A program made the translations under genes and the position numbers. From positions 4,160,001 through 4,224,000 of the forward strand of contig OZ251539.1 of NCBI GenBank assembly GCA_965243135.1: 64,000 bases of DNA, written 5' to 3'. The notes beneath the pieces were generated by a model that was not told the DNA's origin, ran no database searches, and saw only the letters and a list, made by a program, of their open reading frames with translations. This document shows, piece by piece, positions 10,001-19,296 of the stretch; position 1 is the stretch's first letter, and the number at the start of each line of letters is the position of its first letter. The stretch is from Alphaproteobacteria bacterium (lineage in GTDB: Bacteria; Pseudomonadota; Alphaproteobacteria; MPNO01; UBA830).

Positions 10001-11632
10001 GCGGCCATGCCCGACCGCACCACCATCGAATGGGACAAGAACGACCTCGACGCACTCGGCATCCTTAAGGTCGACGTGCTCGGGCTCGGCATGCTGACCT
10101 GCATTCGCAAGGGCCTCGACCTGCTGGCGCGGCACTACGGCAGAAAGTTCGACCTTCACCAAATTCCCGCCGACGATCCCGACGTCTACGACATGCTGTG
10201 CGCGGCCGATTCCGTCGGCGTGTTCCAAGTCGAAAGCCGGGCTCAGATGACCATGCTGCCACGCCTCAGGCCGCGCAACTTCTACGACCTTGTCATCGAG
10301 GTCGCGATCGTCCGGCCCGGACCCATCCAGGGCGACATGGTCCATCCCTATCTGCGCCGCCGCAACGGCGAGGAGACGGTCGACTATCCCTCCCCGGAAC
10401 TGCGCGCCGTGCTGGAAAAGACCATGGGCGTGCCGTTGTTCCAGGAGCAGGCGATGAGGATCGCCATCGTCGCCGCCGGATTCACCCCGTTGGAGGCCGA
10501 CAAGCTGCGGCGCGCCATGGCGACCTTCCGCAACGCCGGCACGCTGGACGCCTTCCGGGAAAAGCTGGTCGGCGGCATGGTCGCCAACGGCTACGATCAG
10601 GAATTCGCGGAACGCTGCTTCCGCCAGATCGAGGGGTTCGGCGAGTACGGCTTCCCGGAAAGCCACGCGGCGAGCTTCGCGCTGCTGGTCTACGTGTCCG
10701 CCTGGCTCAAGAAGCATTACCCGGACGCGTTCGCCGCCGCCATCCTCAACAGCCAGCCCATGGGATTCTACAGGCCGGCCCAGCTCGTTCGCGACGCCCG
10801 AGCGCACGGCGTCGAGGTCCGTCCGGTCGACGTCAACCACAGCCTGTGGGACAACGCCCTGGAAAGGAACGGAAATGCCAGCGCCCTGCGTCTGGGGTTG
10901 CGACAGGTCAAGGGATTTTCGAAGGAGCATGCAACGACCCTGGCGCAGGAAGCGTCGGTCCGCCCTTTCTCTTCTCCGGCGGACCTCCGACGCCGCACGG
11001 GCCTGCCGACGGCGGCGCTGGAGCGGCTGGCGCATGCGGACGCTTTCGGCTCGATGGGGATCGGCAGGCGTCAAGGGCTATGGGCGGCGGCGGCCCCCGC
11101 GCCGTTGCCGTTGTTCCAAAGCAATGAAGCGCGCCCGATCCCGAAGTTGCCGTCGATGGCGGCAGGGGAGGCCGTTACCCGCGACTACGCGTTTCTCGGC
11201 CTGTCGCTCAAGACGCATCCTCTGGCCTTGCTGCGCGCGGAATTGGGCGCCGCCGTTCCAGCCGAACGGCTTGCGGAGATGAAAGACGGCGCGGCGGTCT
11301 CGGTCGCCGGGCTTGCGCTTATGCGGCAGCGGCCCGGCACGGCGAGCGGCGTTATCTTCATGACGATCGAAGACGAGACCGGAGTGGCCAATCTGGTGGT
11401 CTGGCCGAAGATCTTCGAAAGGTACCGCCGGGTCGTGATGGGCTCCCGCCTGATTCGGGCGAGCGGGCGGCTTCAACGCGAGGGGATCGTCATCCATGTC
11501 ATCGCCGACCGGATGGAAGATCTGACCGATCGCCTGCGCGCTCTCGCCGCCGGAAATGCTGCAAGTCCCGGACGAAACCCTGGCGGTTCCGGCCGGCTCG
11601 GCAAGCTGTACCCGTCGCGGGACTTTCGTTGA
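6932..11632 (+). CDS. imuB-dnaE2: ImuB (inactive Y-family polymerase) fused in frame to error-prone polymerase DnaE2/ImuC
   Basis: ImuB N-half (LWLPRFATD, RYTPW, GPERLSPEWW, RDYYRVED, WRLHGIFG) then PHP domain YAELAVTTNFSFLRGASHP, PPDIDVDFEH, KVDVLGLGML, C-terminal SRDFR. Confidence 0.9.
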   Translation: MKRVISLWLPRFATDRARCRNRPDRPFGLIESRGGQFLLHAVDEKAERAGIRVGQTLADARAILPEIDAAEVDPAAEARALARLAEWCGRYTPWTAPGGFGNVGDGSVWLDVTGCARLFGGEPALLRDLARKVGDLGFSARVAAADTPGAAWAVARYGRSRVERVLRGQSRDAIAPLPVAALRLTQPTVLDLHALGLRRVDDLLAMPRATLADRFGREIVDRLDQALGARPEPISPVAPASRTFARVGFSEPVGRSEDIAEALGNLASEIAAALEAEARGARRLVLALHHSDGAVDRLAAGTSWPSCDAGHLARLFAERRIESAFGVDAMTLTVAESERLRPLQAAFDRGGQEADVAELADRLSARLGADRVLRPSPRESRIPERAVELSPVTAMRPPPSASWRDGILPLRLFSPPEEIEAAPPGFDDPPTTFRWRRRTFRVERADGPERLSPEWWRPDDRAASRDYYRVEDDNGRRFWIYREGRSGWRLHGIFGRSAARAGQRPGAPERRKRPSAPPRRPARPPPYAELAVTTNFSFLRGASHPEELVAKAAALGLSAVAVADRNTLAGVVRAHQAAKEAGIRLLVGARLDFEDAPPLLCFPSDRAAYGRLSKLITLGRLRAPKGACALRLEDLAAHAGGQSLVAMPPDDPEDPQILGYLARLREMPGAGVWAAARFRYGGGDAAQLRKIARLAARAGVPMVAINDVCMHVRERKPLLDALACIREGCTIREAGFRLERNAERCLKPPEEMARLFRDYPDAVRQTMEIAGRCAFSLDELRYDYPDEAPSGATPQAELERLVWEGAAERYPDGVPDDVKTQVARELGLIGELGYAPYFLTVQDIVRFARSRSILCQGRGSAANSAVCYCLGITAVDPVRMDLLFERFVSAARREPPDIDVDFEHERREEVIQYVYGKYGRERAALAATVIHYRARMAVREVGKAMGLSEDTTAAIASTVWGWSGNGIAPEQAGEAGLDPNDPQLCATLRLAGELTGFPRHLSQHPGGFVVTQGPLSELVPVANAAMPDRTTIEWDKNDLDALGILKVDVLGLGMLTCIRKGLDLLARHYGRKFDLHQIPADDPDVYDMLCAADSVGVFQVESRAQMTMLPRLRPRNFYDLVIEVAIVRPGPIQGDMVHPYLRRRNGEETVDYPSPELRAVLEKTMGVPLFQEQAMRIAIVAAGFTPLEADKLRRAMATFRNAGTLDAFREKLVGGMVANGYDQEFAERCFRQIEGFGEYGFPESHAASFALLVYVSAWLKKHYPDAFAAAILNSQPMGFYRPAQLVRDARAHGVEVRPVDVNHSLWDNALERNGNASALRLGLRQVKGFSKEHATTLAQEASVRPFSSPADLRRRTGLPTAALERLAHADAFGSMGIGRRQGLWAAAAPAPLPLFQSNEARPIPKLPSMAAGEAVTRDYAFLGLSLKTHPLALLRAELGAAVPAERLAEMKDGAAVSVAGLALMRQRPGTASGVIFMTIEDETGVANLVVWPKIFERYRRVVMGSRLIRASGRLQREGIVIHVIADRMEDLTDRLRALAAGNAASPGRNPGGSGRLGKLYPSRDFR

Positions 11633-11696
11633 TCGCAGGTTTGCGCGGGTTTGCGCAGCGCCGGACGGTTTCCCGCCCGGCGGGCCGCGCGGCGGC

Positions 11697-13031
11697 TCAG
11701 CTCCGCAGGTCCTGGAACCGCGGGGCTTTGACGCTGGCCTCGAAGTCGCGCGCGAGCGTTCCGAGCGGGAGAACGCGGACTTCGGGGCGTATTTCGAACG
11801 TTCGCCGAATCGCCTCCGCGGTCCGGTCTGCGACCGCAGTCTCGTCTTTTCCCCGCCCGACCTCGATCAGCAGTCTGAGAACTTCGAGATCCCGCTCCGC
11901 GACCAGCTCGACGCGAAAATCCGTCACCGACGGCAGCCGGAACACGAGATCCTCGAACTCGTCATGGTTCACGTTGATGCCGCGAATCTTGAAGAACCCC
12001 ACCGTGCGCCGGGCGTGGCGCATGACGGGAAAGACGGAAAAGGGGCCTTCGAGCGAGCTTTCATGCCTCATGCTCACGACATCGCCGGAACTCCAGCGCA
12101 GAAACGGCGTCGCATTGTTGATGAAGAGGGGCGTAACGACCATGAGCCCCTCTTCGCCTTCGGGGACTTCCCGGCCCGTATCCGGGTCGATCACCTCGAA
12201 AACAGCCTGATCCGTCCAGACGTGAAACCCCTCCTGCACAACGCTGTCGCTGCCGAGGATGCCGATTTCGGTCATTCCGAAAAGATCGCGGACCTCCTCG
12301 ACGCCCCACATCCGCCGCAGCTTTTCGCGCTTCGCGGCCGACAGCGCCTCGGCGCCGACCAGAAGCTTGCGAACGGATCCAGCCGCCAGATCGACGCCCT
12401 TCGCCCCGGCAAGGTTGGCGAGGTGCAGCCCGTAGCTCGGCATCCCCATCCACAGCGTGGGTTTCAGGCGGGTCAGAAGGTCGAGCTGGACTTCCGACGG
12501 CGTCGTGTTGCCGGCTCCGGCCCAGACGACCCCGATGCCCGAAGGGTTCGCCGTGCGCGACCAGAGCTGGCCTGCGGGGTGGACCCCGAAAGGAAACGAC
12601 ACGTGACAGAGGTCGCCCGGCTCGCCTCCCGCGCAGACCCAGCATCGAACGAGTTGCAGCAGGGCGTAACGCATGTCTTCGAACGTGCGCGGGTAATAGA
12701 GAGGCGTACCGGTCGCGCCGCCGGACCGCCAGTATTCCGCGACTTCGCCGCGGTCGCAGATCACGAGTTGGTCTCCGTCGATGCCGCGCAAGATCTCCTT
12801 GTCGATGATCGGAATCCTCGACCATTCTTCGGGATCGTCGAGACGATCGGGATCGATGCGATCGAGTTTTCCCGCGTAGAACGGCGCCCGCATGGCGCGT
12901 TCGAACGCGATTCGCTTGCGGCGCCTCTGAATGGCCGCGATCTCGTTCCTCGACGCCGGCAGTTGCAAGTCCTCGGGCCGGGGGCCGGGAGGCATGCCGC
13001 GACCGGCCGGGTTCTGTGCTGCCGGGCTCAT
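11697..13031 (-). CDS. Phenylacetate-CoA ligase (PaaK-like) family AMP-binding protein
   Basis: RSGGATGTP loop, DLFGMTE, TPFLRWSSGD, KIRGINV; start reassigned to MSPAAQ. Confidence 0.85.
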   Translation of the reverse strand: MSPAAQNPAGRGMPPGPRPEDLQLPASRNEIAAIQRRRKRIAFERAMRAPFYAGKLDRIDPDRLDDPEEWSRIPIIDKEILRGIDGDQLVICDRGEVAEYWRSGGATGTPLYYPRTFEDMRYALLQLVRCWVCAGGEPGDLCHVSFPFGVHPAGQLWSRTANPSGIGVVWAGAGNTTPSEVQLDLLTRLKPTLWMGMPSYGLHLANLAGAKGVDLAAGSVRKLLVGAEALSAAKREKLRRMWGVEEVRDLFGMTEIGILGSDSVVQEGFHVWTDQAVFEVIDPDTGREVPEGEEGLMVVTPLFINNATPFLRWSSGDVVSMRHESSLEGPFSVFPVMRHARRTVGFFKIRGINVNHDEFEDLVFRLPSVTDFRVELVAERDLEVLRLLIEVGRGKDETAVADRTAEAIRRTFEIRPEVRVLPLGTLARDFEASVKAPRFQDLRS

Positions 13032-13139
13032 GGTTCGACCGTATGGATCGACGCCCACGAGGTCAAGGTCCGGCCGTCGGGAAAAACCGCTTTCCGGCGT
13101 CGCGAGCGATAGACTTCGCCTCGTCGACCGCCGCGGTCG

Positions 13140-13470
13140 GCCCTGACTGAAGACGACCGCTGCATCCAGTCGGCCCTCCCGCGCCAACCTGACGACATCC
13201 AGTCCAAGACGGAGATCGATTCCTTTTTCCTGAGCGATGAGTTTCTTTGCGACCGAGTCGTTCGTTTGGTCGAACGAGCGCAGACGGCATTTCAGCGTTC
13301 CGGATTCCACGACTATTCCTGCGCGACGCGTCACAGGAGGCGATTTGGTCCAATAAGCGCGCCAGTGCGCCGAGCGTCGGGTATGCCCGCATCCAGCCCC
13401 GAGATTTACACGCCCAATGTCCTTGCGTATCGCGTCGAACGGCTTGATCGGATCATGGATGGCGTCCAAA
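13140..13470 (-). pseudogene. NYN-domain ribonuclease fragment
   Basis: QEKGIDLRLGLDVVRLAREGRLDAAVVFSQ is a NYN core motif; degenerate flanks. Confidence 0.6.
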
Positions 13471-13879
13471 CGCTTCCTTCTCGCGGCGATGCAAATTCTG
13501 CCCGTCGAAAAATCCTATTGCGCGTCCGGGGCGTCAATCATGCCGCGTCTTCGAAATTGCAAAGCAAGACTACCGGCCCATTAGGAGAGACCGGGTAGTT
13601 TCTGCGCCTGAGCGAGGCTGCAGGTAACCACCGAACGTAGTGTTTTTGGAAGGGGGATGGGAACGTTTTGAACATCTTATATGAAAACATAACCCCTCGG
13701 GGGCCGTTCGAAAATTTCCGCTCCGAGGCAAGAACTTCCCGACGGCAAGTCCCGAGGGGGGCAAGTGACGGCCCTTGTGCCTGGCATGACGGTCGATGTC
13801 AAGATGCTTTACTGTCGAGCGACGAAAAAAGACAGGCGTGATATTTTTGCAACGCACGAAGCCGCATCCACGAGGCCCT

Positions 13880-14300
13880 GGTCAAAGTCAGGATTCCGCT
13901 TGGAGAGAAGTTCCTCCCCGACGCGTTCGGCATTCAAGTCAGGAGGCGCGCGAACGCCTCGTCGCGTGTCCGGTCAGGCCGGCCAAGGCTTCTTCGTATC
14001 GCCACGCTCCTCCTCGTCGAGGTCGTAGTCGGGAAGGAACTTTCAGGCGGTCGAAACGTCGCGCCATCCGCAGGCCACGGCCCGATCCATCGTCGCGTGC
14101 AGCCAACGAAGCTTCGCGATATCCGGGTTGCGTTCCGCGTGATCGTGGAGGCGATTGCACGTCTTCGTCATGCCTTCGTCGTTCCCGATCACGAGCGCAG
14201 CGTGGAATTCGTAACATTCTTTGCCGACAGCCTCGAGATCGGAACGGGCCTCCCAACCTTCCGAAGGGGGAAAGCTCGAAGCGATCGGATGGGGTGAGGT
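13880..14300 (-). pseudogene. C-terminal remnant of type IIG/IIL (MmeI/Eco57I-like) restriction-modification enzyme
   Basis: Manual translation TPSDRFE..LEAVGKECYEFHAALVIGNDEGMTKTCNRLHD...LHATMDRAV...DYDLDEEERGDTKKPW...RDEAFARLLTLNAER with stop and frameshifts. Confidence 0.7.
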
Positions 14301-14309
14301 GAGAGATCG

Positions 14310-14946
14310 TCACGTAGCCGCAGCGTTCAGCCGTTCCAGTTCGGCAAGAACGTCGCGTACGAAGCCGTCCGGCAGTCCGCGCGCATCGGAATAACGTGCG
14401 CGGCGATGCGCGCCGCTCATATTGACCGAGCACAAGGCGCCGCCATCCGAATCGCACAAAAGCAGGATCGAACGCCCAAGCCCGCCCGGAACGTCAATCG
14501 CGACCTCCCCATCTGGCGTGGGGTAGACCTCGAAGCGCCGTGGAAACAACCTGTACATGGCATGCAACAACCGCCGTGCATTTTTCAAAGCCACGTCGGA
14601 AGGCACGGAGAACTCCTCTTCATGCGCCTCGCCGCGTGCCTCTTCCAGATCGCGCAGAGCATCGTACAGGTCTGGATTTCGGTCGGCAGCCAACATCTTG
14701 AACTCCAAAATCTTCGGAGGGAAGGAACTCGTCCTGAAGGCCTGCAACAGCCGGTACGAATTCGGCAACGCCGAATGCGAGGGCGGCACCCCTCCCCTCT
14801 TCGCACGTCTCGTCCAGATCGTAAAGGGCTTCGCGCGAATTGAAGCGCAGGTCGCCAGCTAACGCGGCGGGGTTTACCACCGGGAAAGTACTCGAAGCGG
14901 CGCTGGTCTGGACATCGTCCGTGCTTCTTGCTGCCAATCCCAGCAA
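14310..14946 (-). CDS. Hypothetical protein, 5' part frameshifted
   Basis: Intact C-terminal domain (DALRDLEEARGEAHEEEFSVPSDVALKNARRLL...EVYPTPDGEVAID); a similar motif REALYDLDETCEE lies in another frame upstream. Confidence 0.5.
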
Positions 14947-14993
14947 GCAGACCGGCCGGTAGACCCGATCAATCGTCTCGTTTCAACATGCCT

Positions 14994-15040
14994 CCCCCTA
15001 TCAACTTCGAAGCGCGCCGCAGGCGGAGTTGATAGGAGGG
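14994..15040. repeat. Complete palindromic site CCTATCAACTTCG-N14-CGGAGTTGATAGG
   Basis: 13-bp inverted arms (12/13 complementary) at 14997-15036; minus strand reads CCGCCTGCGGCGCGCTTCGAAGTTGATAG, homologous to 31322-31350. Confidence 0.8.
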
Positions 15041-15138
15041 AGACGCAAGAACGGCGCGGAAGGCTCCGGAGAACCGTTCCTGGACACGGCGGTTCCGCGA
15101 GCCGCGCCGTTCTCTCGTGCGAACGGGACTGCGCGCCT

Positions 15139-15912
15139 TCAGAATGCGCGGGCCGCCCCGAAACCGGCCCCGGACTCCGCGCGCAGCCCTCCCTCGAAAC
15201 GGTGCGGCGCGTCGGTGATGACGCTTGCAACGCCGCGACCCAGCAATCTTTCGGCGAGGACGGGATCGTTGACGGTATAGGCGCCGACGAACATTCCGGC
15301 TTCGACGATCTCTTCGATCAGCGGCGCGCGCAGGCGGTCGTGGCGGGCGACGATTCCCCGGGCGCCCAACTCCGCCGCCGTCTCGCGCCAGTCGGTTCCG
15401 ACCGCTCGGTACAACAGCGCCACCGGAGCGTTTCCGTCCATGGCGCGGAAATGCCGCAGCGCGTCGCGGTCGAAACTCGAGACGAGAACGCTGTCCGCGC
15501 CGCGCAAATGGCGGGCGACGGCGGCGGCGAGAGCGCTGCTTTCGCCGCCGTGAACCTTGAGCTCGAGGTTGGCGCCGAGACCGAGGCGCGCGAAGGCGTC
15601 CAGCGCCGTCCGCAGGGTCGGCACCGGTTCGCCGGCGAACTCCGCGGAAAACCACGCGCCCGCGTCCAGCGTTCGCGCGTACTCGAGAGTCCGTTCCGAC
15701 AACGGGCCCGCGCCGTTCGTGGTTCTCTCGAACCGCGGATCGTGGAAGATCACCGGAGCGCCGTCGCCGAGCAGCGAAACGTCGCATTCGATCCACGAAA
15801 GCCCGAGTTCGCGGGCGGCTTCGAATCCGGCGATCGTGTTTTCCGGCGCGATGGCCGCCGCGCCGCGGTGGCCGACGATGGGCGGCAGGCGATTCTTCAA
15901 GCGGCCGGACAT
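15139..15912 (-). CDS. ugpQ: Glycerophosphodiester phosphodiesterase
   Basis: VGHRGAAAIAPENT, IECDV, FHD, NLELK, YTVND. Confidence 0.9.
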   Translation of the reverse strand: MSGRLKNRLPPIVGHRGAAAIAPENTIAGFEAARELGLSWIECDVSLLGDGAPVIFHDPRFERTTNGAGPLSERTLEYARTLDAGAWFSAEFAGEPVPTLRTALDAFARLGLGANLELKVHGGESSALAAAVARHLRGADSVLVSSFDRDALRHFRAMDGNAPVALLYRAVGTDWRETAAELGARGIVARHDRLRAPLIEEIVEAGMFVGAYTVNDPVLAERLLGRGVASVITDAPHRFEGGLRAESGAGFGAARAF

Positions 15913-15974
15913 GTTTCGCGTTCGATGATACATTGCGTCTTTCGGAGCCGGACAGGGGACGCCAAGCGGTTGCG

Positions 15975-17489
15975 ATGATCGAAGCAGAAATCAGGTTCTC
16001 TGTCCCGCGGGATCGCAACGCGATCGTCAAGGAGCATTTTCCGGACGCCGCCGAGGTCAATCGCGCGGTTTATTTCGACACGCCGGATCGCCGCCTGTGG
16101 AAGAGCGGCGTCGAATGCCGGATCCGGGAAAACGGGAAGGGGCTCCGGCAGACCGTCAAGAAGCGGATACCCGGAAGTTCGGGGTTCGCTCGCGAAGAGC
16201 ACGAAATCCCGGTCGAGTCGCTGGAGTTGAACGCCTCTCATCTCGAAGCGGTCCTTCCTCCCGACCTTCGCGGCGAGGCGGCGCGCCTCGCCCCCGCGTT
16301 CTCGACGGACGTGAAGCGCAGCAAGCGCGTGATCGAAAGGCGCGACGACGTCGTGGAGGCGGTCCACGATCGCGGTCGGATCACGGCGAACGGCAAGTCC
16401 CTGGAAATCGACGACGTGGAGCACGAACTGCGGCGCGGCGCTCCGCGCTCGCTCGCCGATGCCTGTCTCGCGTTTCTCGAACTCGCGCCGTGCGGACTCG
16501 AGACCCAGGGCAAGGCTGCGCGCGGGTTTCGGCTGCTGACCGGCGAGCCGCCGGGCCCGGTCCTCGCCGAGACCGTGCGCGTTCCTCCGTCCACCGCGAT
16601 ACCCGAGGCCGCCGCCGCCATGATGCGCAGCGCCTTCGCGCAAGTTCTCGCGAACCATGCGGCGCTGGTTCAGACGGCGCACCCGGAGGCCGTCCACCAG
16701 ATGCGGGTCGGCCTGCGCCGCCTGCGGTCGACGCTGTCCGCGTTCGGCCCCGTTCTCGACGTTTCCGGGGCCGCCGGAATGCTCGCCGCCGCGAAATCCC
16801 TGTTCTCGCGCCTCGGAGACGTGCGGGACGCCGACGTCTTCGCGGCCGAAACCGCAGCCTCGTTCCCGAAGGATCTGCTCGACGCGAGGCTCGCAAAGGT
16901 TCTGGCGGAGGAGGTCGCGCGGTTTCGCGAGCGGGCGTTCGCCGACGTGATCGCTCTCCTCGCCGGACCCGAATTCGCGCGGCTGACCGTGCGCTGGCAC
17001 GGATGGATCGAGGACGGCGAATGGCTGCGGGACGAGCGCCCGGTGGACCGCCTGCTGGCCCGGCGGCCGGTGGGCGAGTTCGCCGCGACGCGTCTGGCGA
17101 ACATGCACCGCAGGCTCGTCAAGCGCGGACGGCGCGCCCTGAAGGGGGACATCGACGACTGGCATCGCGCCCGGATCGCCGCGAAGCGGGCGCGCTACGC
17201 CGGCGCCCCTCTGTTGCAGGTGCTGGACGAAGGCGGCAAGGGCGCCCGGCGATACTCGAAACGCCTCGCCAGGCTGCAGGACGATCTCGGAAAATTCAAC
17301 GACATGTGCAACGTCGCCCCCTTTCTCCAGCGGGTGCGCGAGACCGTTCCGGAGCATGCGAAGGCCGATTTCGTCGAGGCCGCGGCGTTCTGCTCGGGAT
17401 GGAGCGGCGCGGAAGTCGCGCGCGCGGTGTCCCGTCTGGGCAAAAGCTGGAAAAAGTTCGAGGCTGCGCAGGGCGGCGGCCTGCCATGA
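15975..17489 (+). CDS. CYTH + CHAD domain protein (inorganic triphosphatase-like)
   Basis: EAEIRF, VYFDTPDRRL, EHEL; CHAD motifs EAVHQMRVGLRRLRS, HRARIAAKRARY, LQDDLGKFND. Confidence 0.88.
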   Translation: MIEAEIRFSVPRDRNAIVKEHFPDAAEVNRAVYFDTPDRRLWKSGVECRIRENGKGLRQTVKKRIPGSSGFAREEHEIPVESLELNASHLEAVLPPDLRGEAARLAPAFSTDVKRSKRVIERRDDVVEAVHDRGRITANGKSLEIDDVEHELRRGAPRSLADACLAFLELAPCGLETQGKAARGFRLLTGEPPGPVLAETVRVPPSTAIPEAAAAMMRSAFAQVLANHAALVQTAHPEAVHQMRVGLRRLRSTLSAFGPVLDVSGAAGMLAAAKSLFSRLGDVRDADVFAAETAASFPKDLLDARLAKVLAEEVARFRERAFADVIALLAGPEFARLTVRWHGWIEDGEWLRDERPVDRLLARRPVGEFAATRLANMHRRLVKRGRRALKGDIDDWHRARIAAKRARYAGAPLLQVLDEGGKGARRYSKRLARLQDDLGKFNDMCNVAPFLQRVRETVPEHAKADFVEAAAFCSGWSGAEVARAVSRLGKSWKKFEAAQGGGLP

Positions 17490-18127
17490 CGCTTCGCGTA
17501 TGCGTAATCAACGGCAAGGGCGGCTGCGGCAAGACGACGGTTTCGACCCATCTCGCGGCGGCGTTCGCCTCCTCCGGACTCGAAACGCTGCTGGTCGACC
17601 GCGACCGGCATCGCGGCGCCAGCCGCTGGCACGGCCTGCGCCCGAAGGCGGCGGCGCGCGTCCGCCTGACGGACTGGAGGAAGGATTTCGGCAAGGCGCC
17701 GCGCGGCGTTCAGCGCGTGGTCATCGATTGTCCGGCCTCGCTCGGCTTCGCCCGGGTTCGGGAGATCGTCGCGGAGGCCGAGATACTCGTGGCGCCGCTT
17801 CTGCCGTCGGTCTTCGATCAGTACGGAACCGAGGCGTTTCTCGACCGGATCGCCGGGATCAAGAAGATCCGCAAGGGACGCAAGTCCGTTCTGATCGTCA
17901 GCAACCGGTTTCGCGAGCGCTCGCTGGCGTCCCGCCAGCTGGAAGAGTTTCTGGCGTCGATCGGTCGCGAGCCGTTCGCCCGCATCGCGGATTCTTCGGC
18001 CTATCCCCGGCTGGCCTCTCAGGGGCTCACGGCGTTCGACGTCGATACGAAACCGATGCGCGACAGGCAGGAAGACTGGATGCCGCTGCTCGAGGAGATC
18101 GAGCTTGCGGGAAGGACGACCGGCTGA
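17486..18127 (+). CDS. ParA/MinD family ATPase
   Basis: Deviant Walker A NGKGGCGKTT, VIDCPA; ATGA overlap with upstream gene. Confidence 0.85.
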   Translation: MTLRVCVINGKGGCGKTTVSTHLAAAFASSGLETLLVDRDRHRGASRWHGLRPKAAARVRLTDWRKDFGKAPRGVQRVVIDCPASLGFARVREIVAEAEILVAPLLPSVFDQYGTEAFLDRIAGIKKIRKGRKSVLIVSNRFRERSLASRQLEEFLASIGREPFARIADSSAYPRLASQGLTAFDVDTKPMRDRQEDWMPLLEEIELAGRTTG

Positions 18128-18151
18128 CCGTCCTTCCCGCCGGGTTCGCCG

Positions 18152-18646
18152 TCAGTTCGCCGCCTGGGCGTGGGCTTCGACCAGCCAGAGGTTCTTGTCG
18201 GTGTCGCGGGACACGCCGGTGAACAGATCTTCGGTATCGGCGTCGCCGATCTCGGCCATCTCGTCGATCGCCCGGCGGACCGCCTTGCCGAAGGCCGCGA
18301 GGGAAACGCTCGCCGCCTCCACGTGATCGACTCCGCTGTGGATGTCGAGAGGATAGGGCGGCAGCGTGGAATTGGCCGCGGTCGCGGCCGCGGTTCCCTC
18401 CGCCGTTCCGCCGAGCGCCGCGATCCGCTCGGCGATGTCGTCGACATGGACCTGGACTTCGCCGTGAATCTTGTCGAAGAGCTCGTGCAGGGCGATGAAC
18501 CCGGGGCCTTTGACGTTCCAGTGCGCCTGTTTCATATGGGTCGCGAGATCCACCGCGTCCGCGAGCCGGGCGTTGAGGACGCTGACGGCCGCTCCGCGAG
18601 CGTTTTCCGCCAGATCGTTTTTCGTTGCATGCAGTTTTCGAGACAT
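18152..18646 (-). CDS. dps: DNA starvation/stationary phase protection protein Dps
   Basis: KQAHWNVKGPGFIALHELFD, DDIAERI, DKNLWLVEAH. Confidence 0.95.
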   Translation of the reverse strand: MSRKLHATKNDLAENARGAAVSVLNARLADAVDLATHMKQAHWNVKGPGFIALHELFDKIHGEVQVHVDDIAERIAALGGTAEGTAAATAANSTLPPYPLDIHSGVDHVEAASVSLAAFGKAVRRAIDEMAEIGDADTEDLFTGVSRDTDKNLWLVEAHAQAAN

Positions 18647-18755
18647 GGCACCCTCCATTAGAACGATTCTAATATCGGATCCGTTTTTCGGCATTCAAGG
18701 GAGCGGCGGCGTTTTTTCGACCGCGCCCGGCGGAACCGTTCGCGCGGAACCGGGT

Positions 18756-19199
18756 TCAGACTCCCAGGCCGGGCGCGTCCACCGGCACGAAGTTCTCTTC
18801 CGTCACGCCCTCCGACGGCGCGTCGAACGCCAGTTCCACCTGCACTCCGTTGGGATCGTGAAAGAAGACCTGAACGAGGCGTCCGCTTCCCGCCAGCCGT
18901 TTGCAGTAGGTCACGTCGTGGGCTTGCAACGTATTCTCGACGCTTTCGAGGCCGCGGGCGGACAATCCGATGTGGTCGAGGCCGCCGCCGCGGCCTTCGG
19001 CGACGGTCCGCCTGTCTCCGCCGGGATCGCTGAGGGAGAGATGGACGATGGCGACATCGCCGCAATACAGCCAGTAGCCGTGGGTGTCGAAGAGGGGCCG
19101 GTAACCGACCTTGAGTCCCAGGACATCGACGAAGAAGTCCTTGGTTTCCTCCATCAACACGGTGCGGATGTTGATGTGATTGAGTTCGCTGATCGCCAT
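18756..19199 (-). CDS. VOC/glyoxalase family protein
   Basis: LNHINIRT, LDHIGL, QVFFHDPNGVQVEL. Confidence 0.85.
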   Translation of the reverse strand: MAISELNHINIRTVLMEETKDFFVDVLGLKVGYRPLFDTHGYWLYCGDVAIVHLSLSDPGGDRRTVAEGRGGGLDHIGLSARGLESVENTLQAHDVTYCKRLAGSGRLVQVFFHDPNGVQVELAFDAPSEGVTEENFVPVDAPGLGV

Positions 19200-19296
19200 T
19201 TCTCGATCCTCCGTTCCGGCGCGCATCTTGCGCGGATGGCGTTTGCAATCTAGCTTTTCGCGGATAGTGACTCTTCGGCGCGAGGGAGGCAAGAAA

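Noticed and set aside
8159-11074. 971-aa antisense ORF, and similar ones at 55260-56945, 57907-59853 and 39350-41317
   Set aside because: Shadow ORFs opposite well-conserved genes in high-GC DNA, with no recognisable motifs.
11697-13469. Apparent NYN-PaaK fusion (590-aa ORF)
   Set aside because: The NYN part is degenerate and incomplete; more likely chance read-through from a pseudogene into the ligase start.
13693-13759. CCCCTCGGG...CCCGAGGGG inverted repeat upstream of the NYN fragment as a structured RNA
   Set aside because: Only a 9-bp GC-rich stem; no covariation evidence available.
14994-15040. Palindromic site as a canonical integron attC
   Set aside because: It has AAC...GTT but does not fit RYYYAAC/GTTRRRY, is only ~40 bp, and no intI is present.
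16097-18127. Long N-terminal extensions on ParA and similarly on xth, nadD, gpmI, atpD and the ferritin-like ORF
   Set aside because: Extensions overlap neighbouring real genes in another frame; artefacts of calling the longest ORF.
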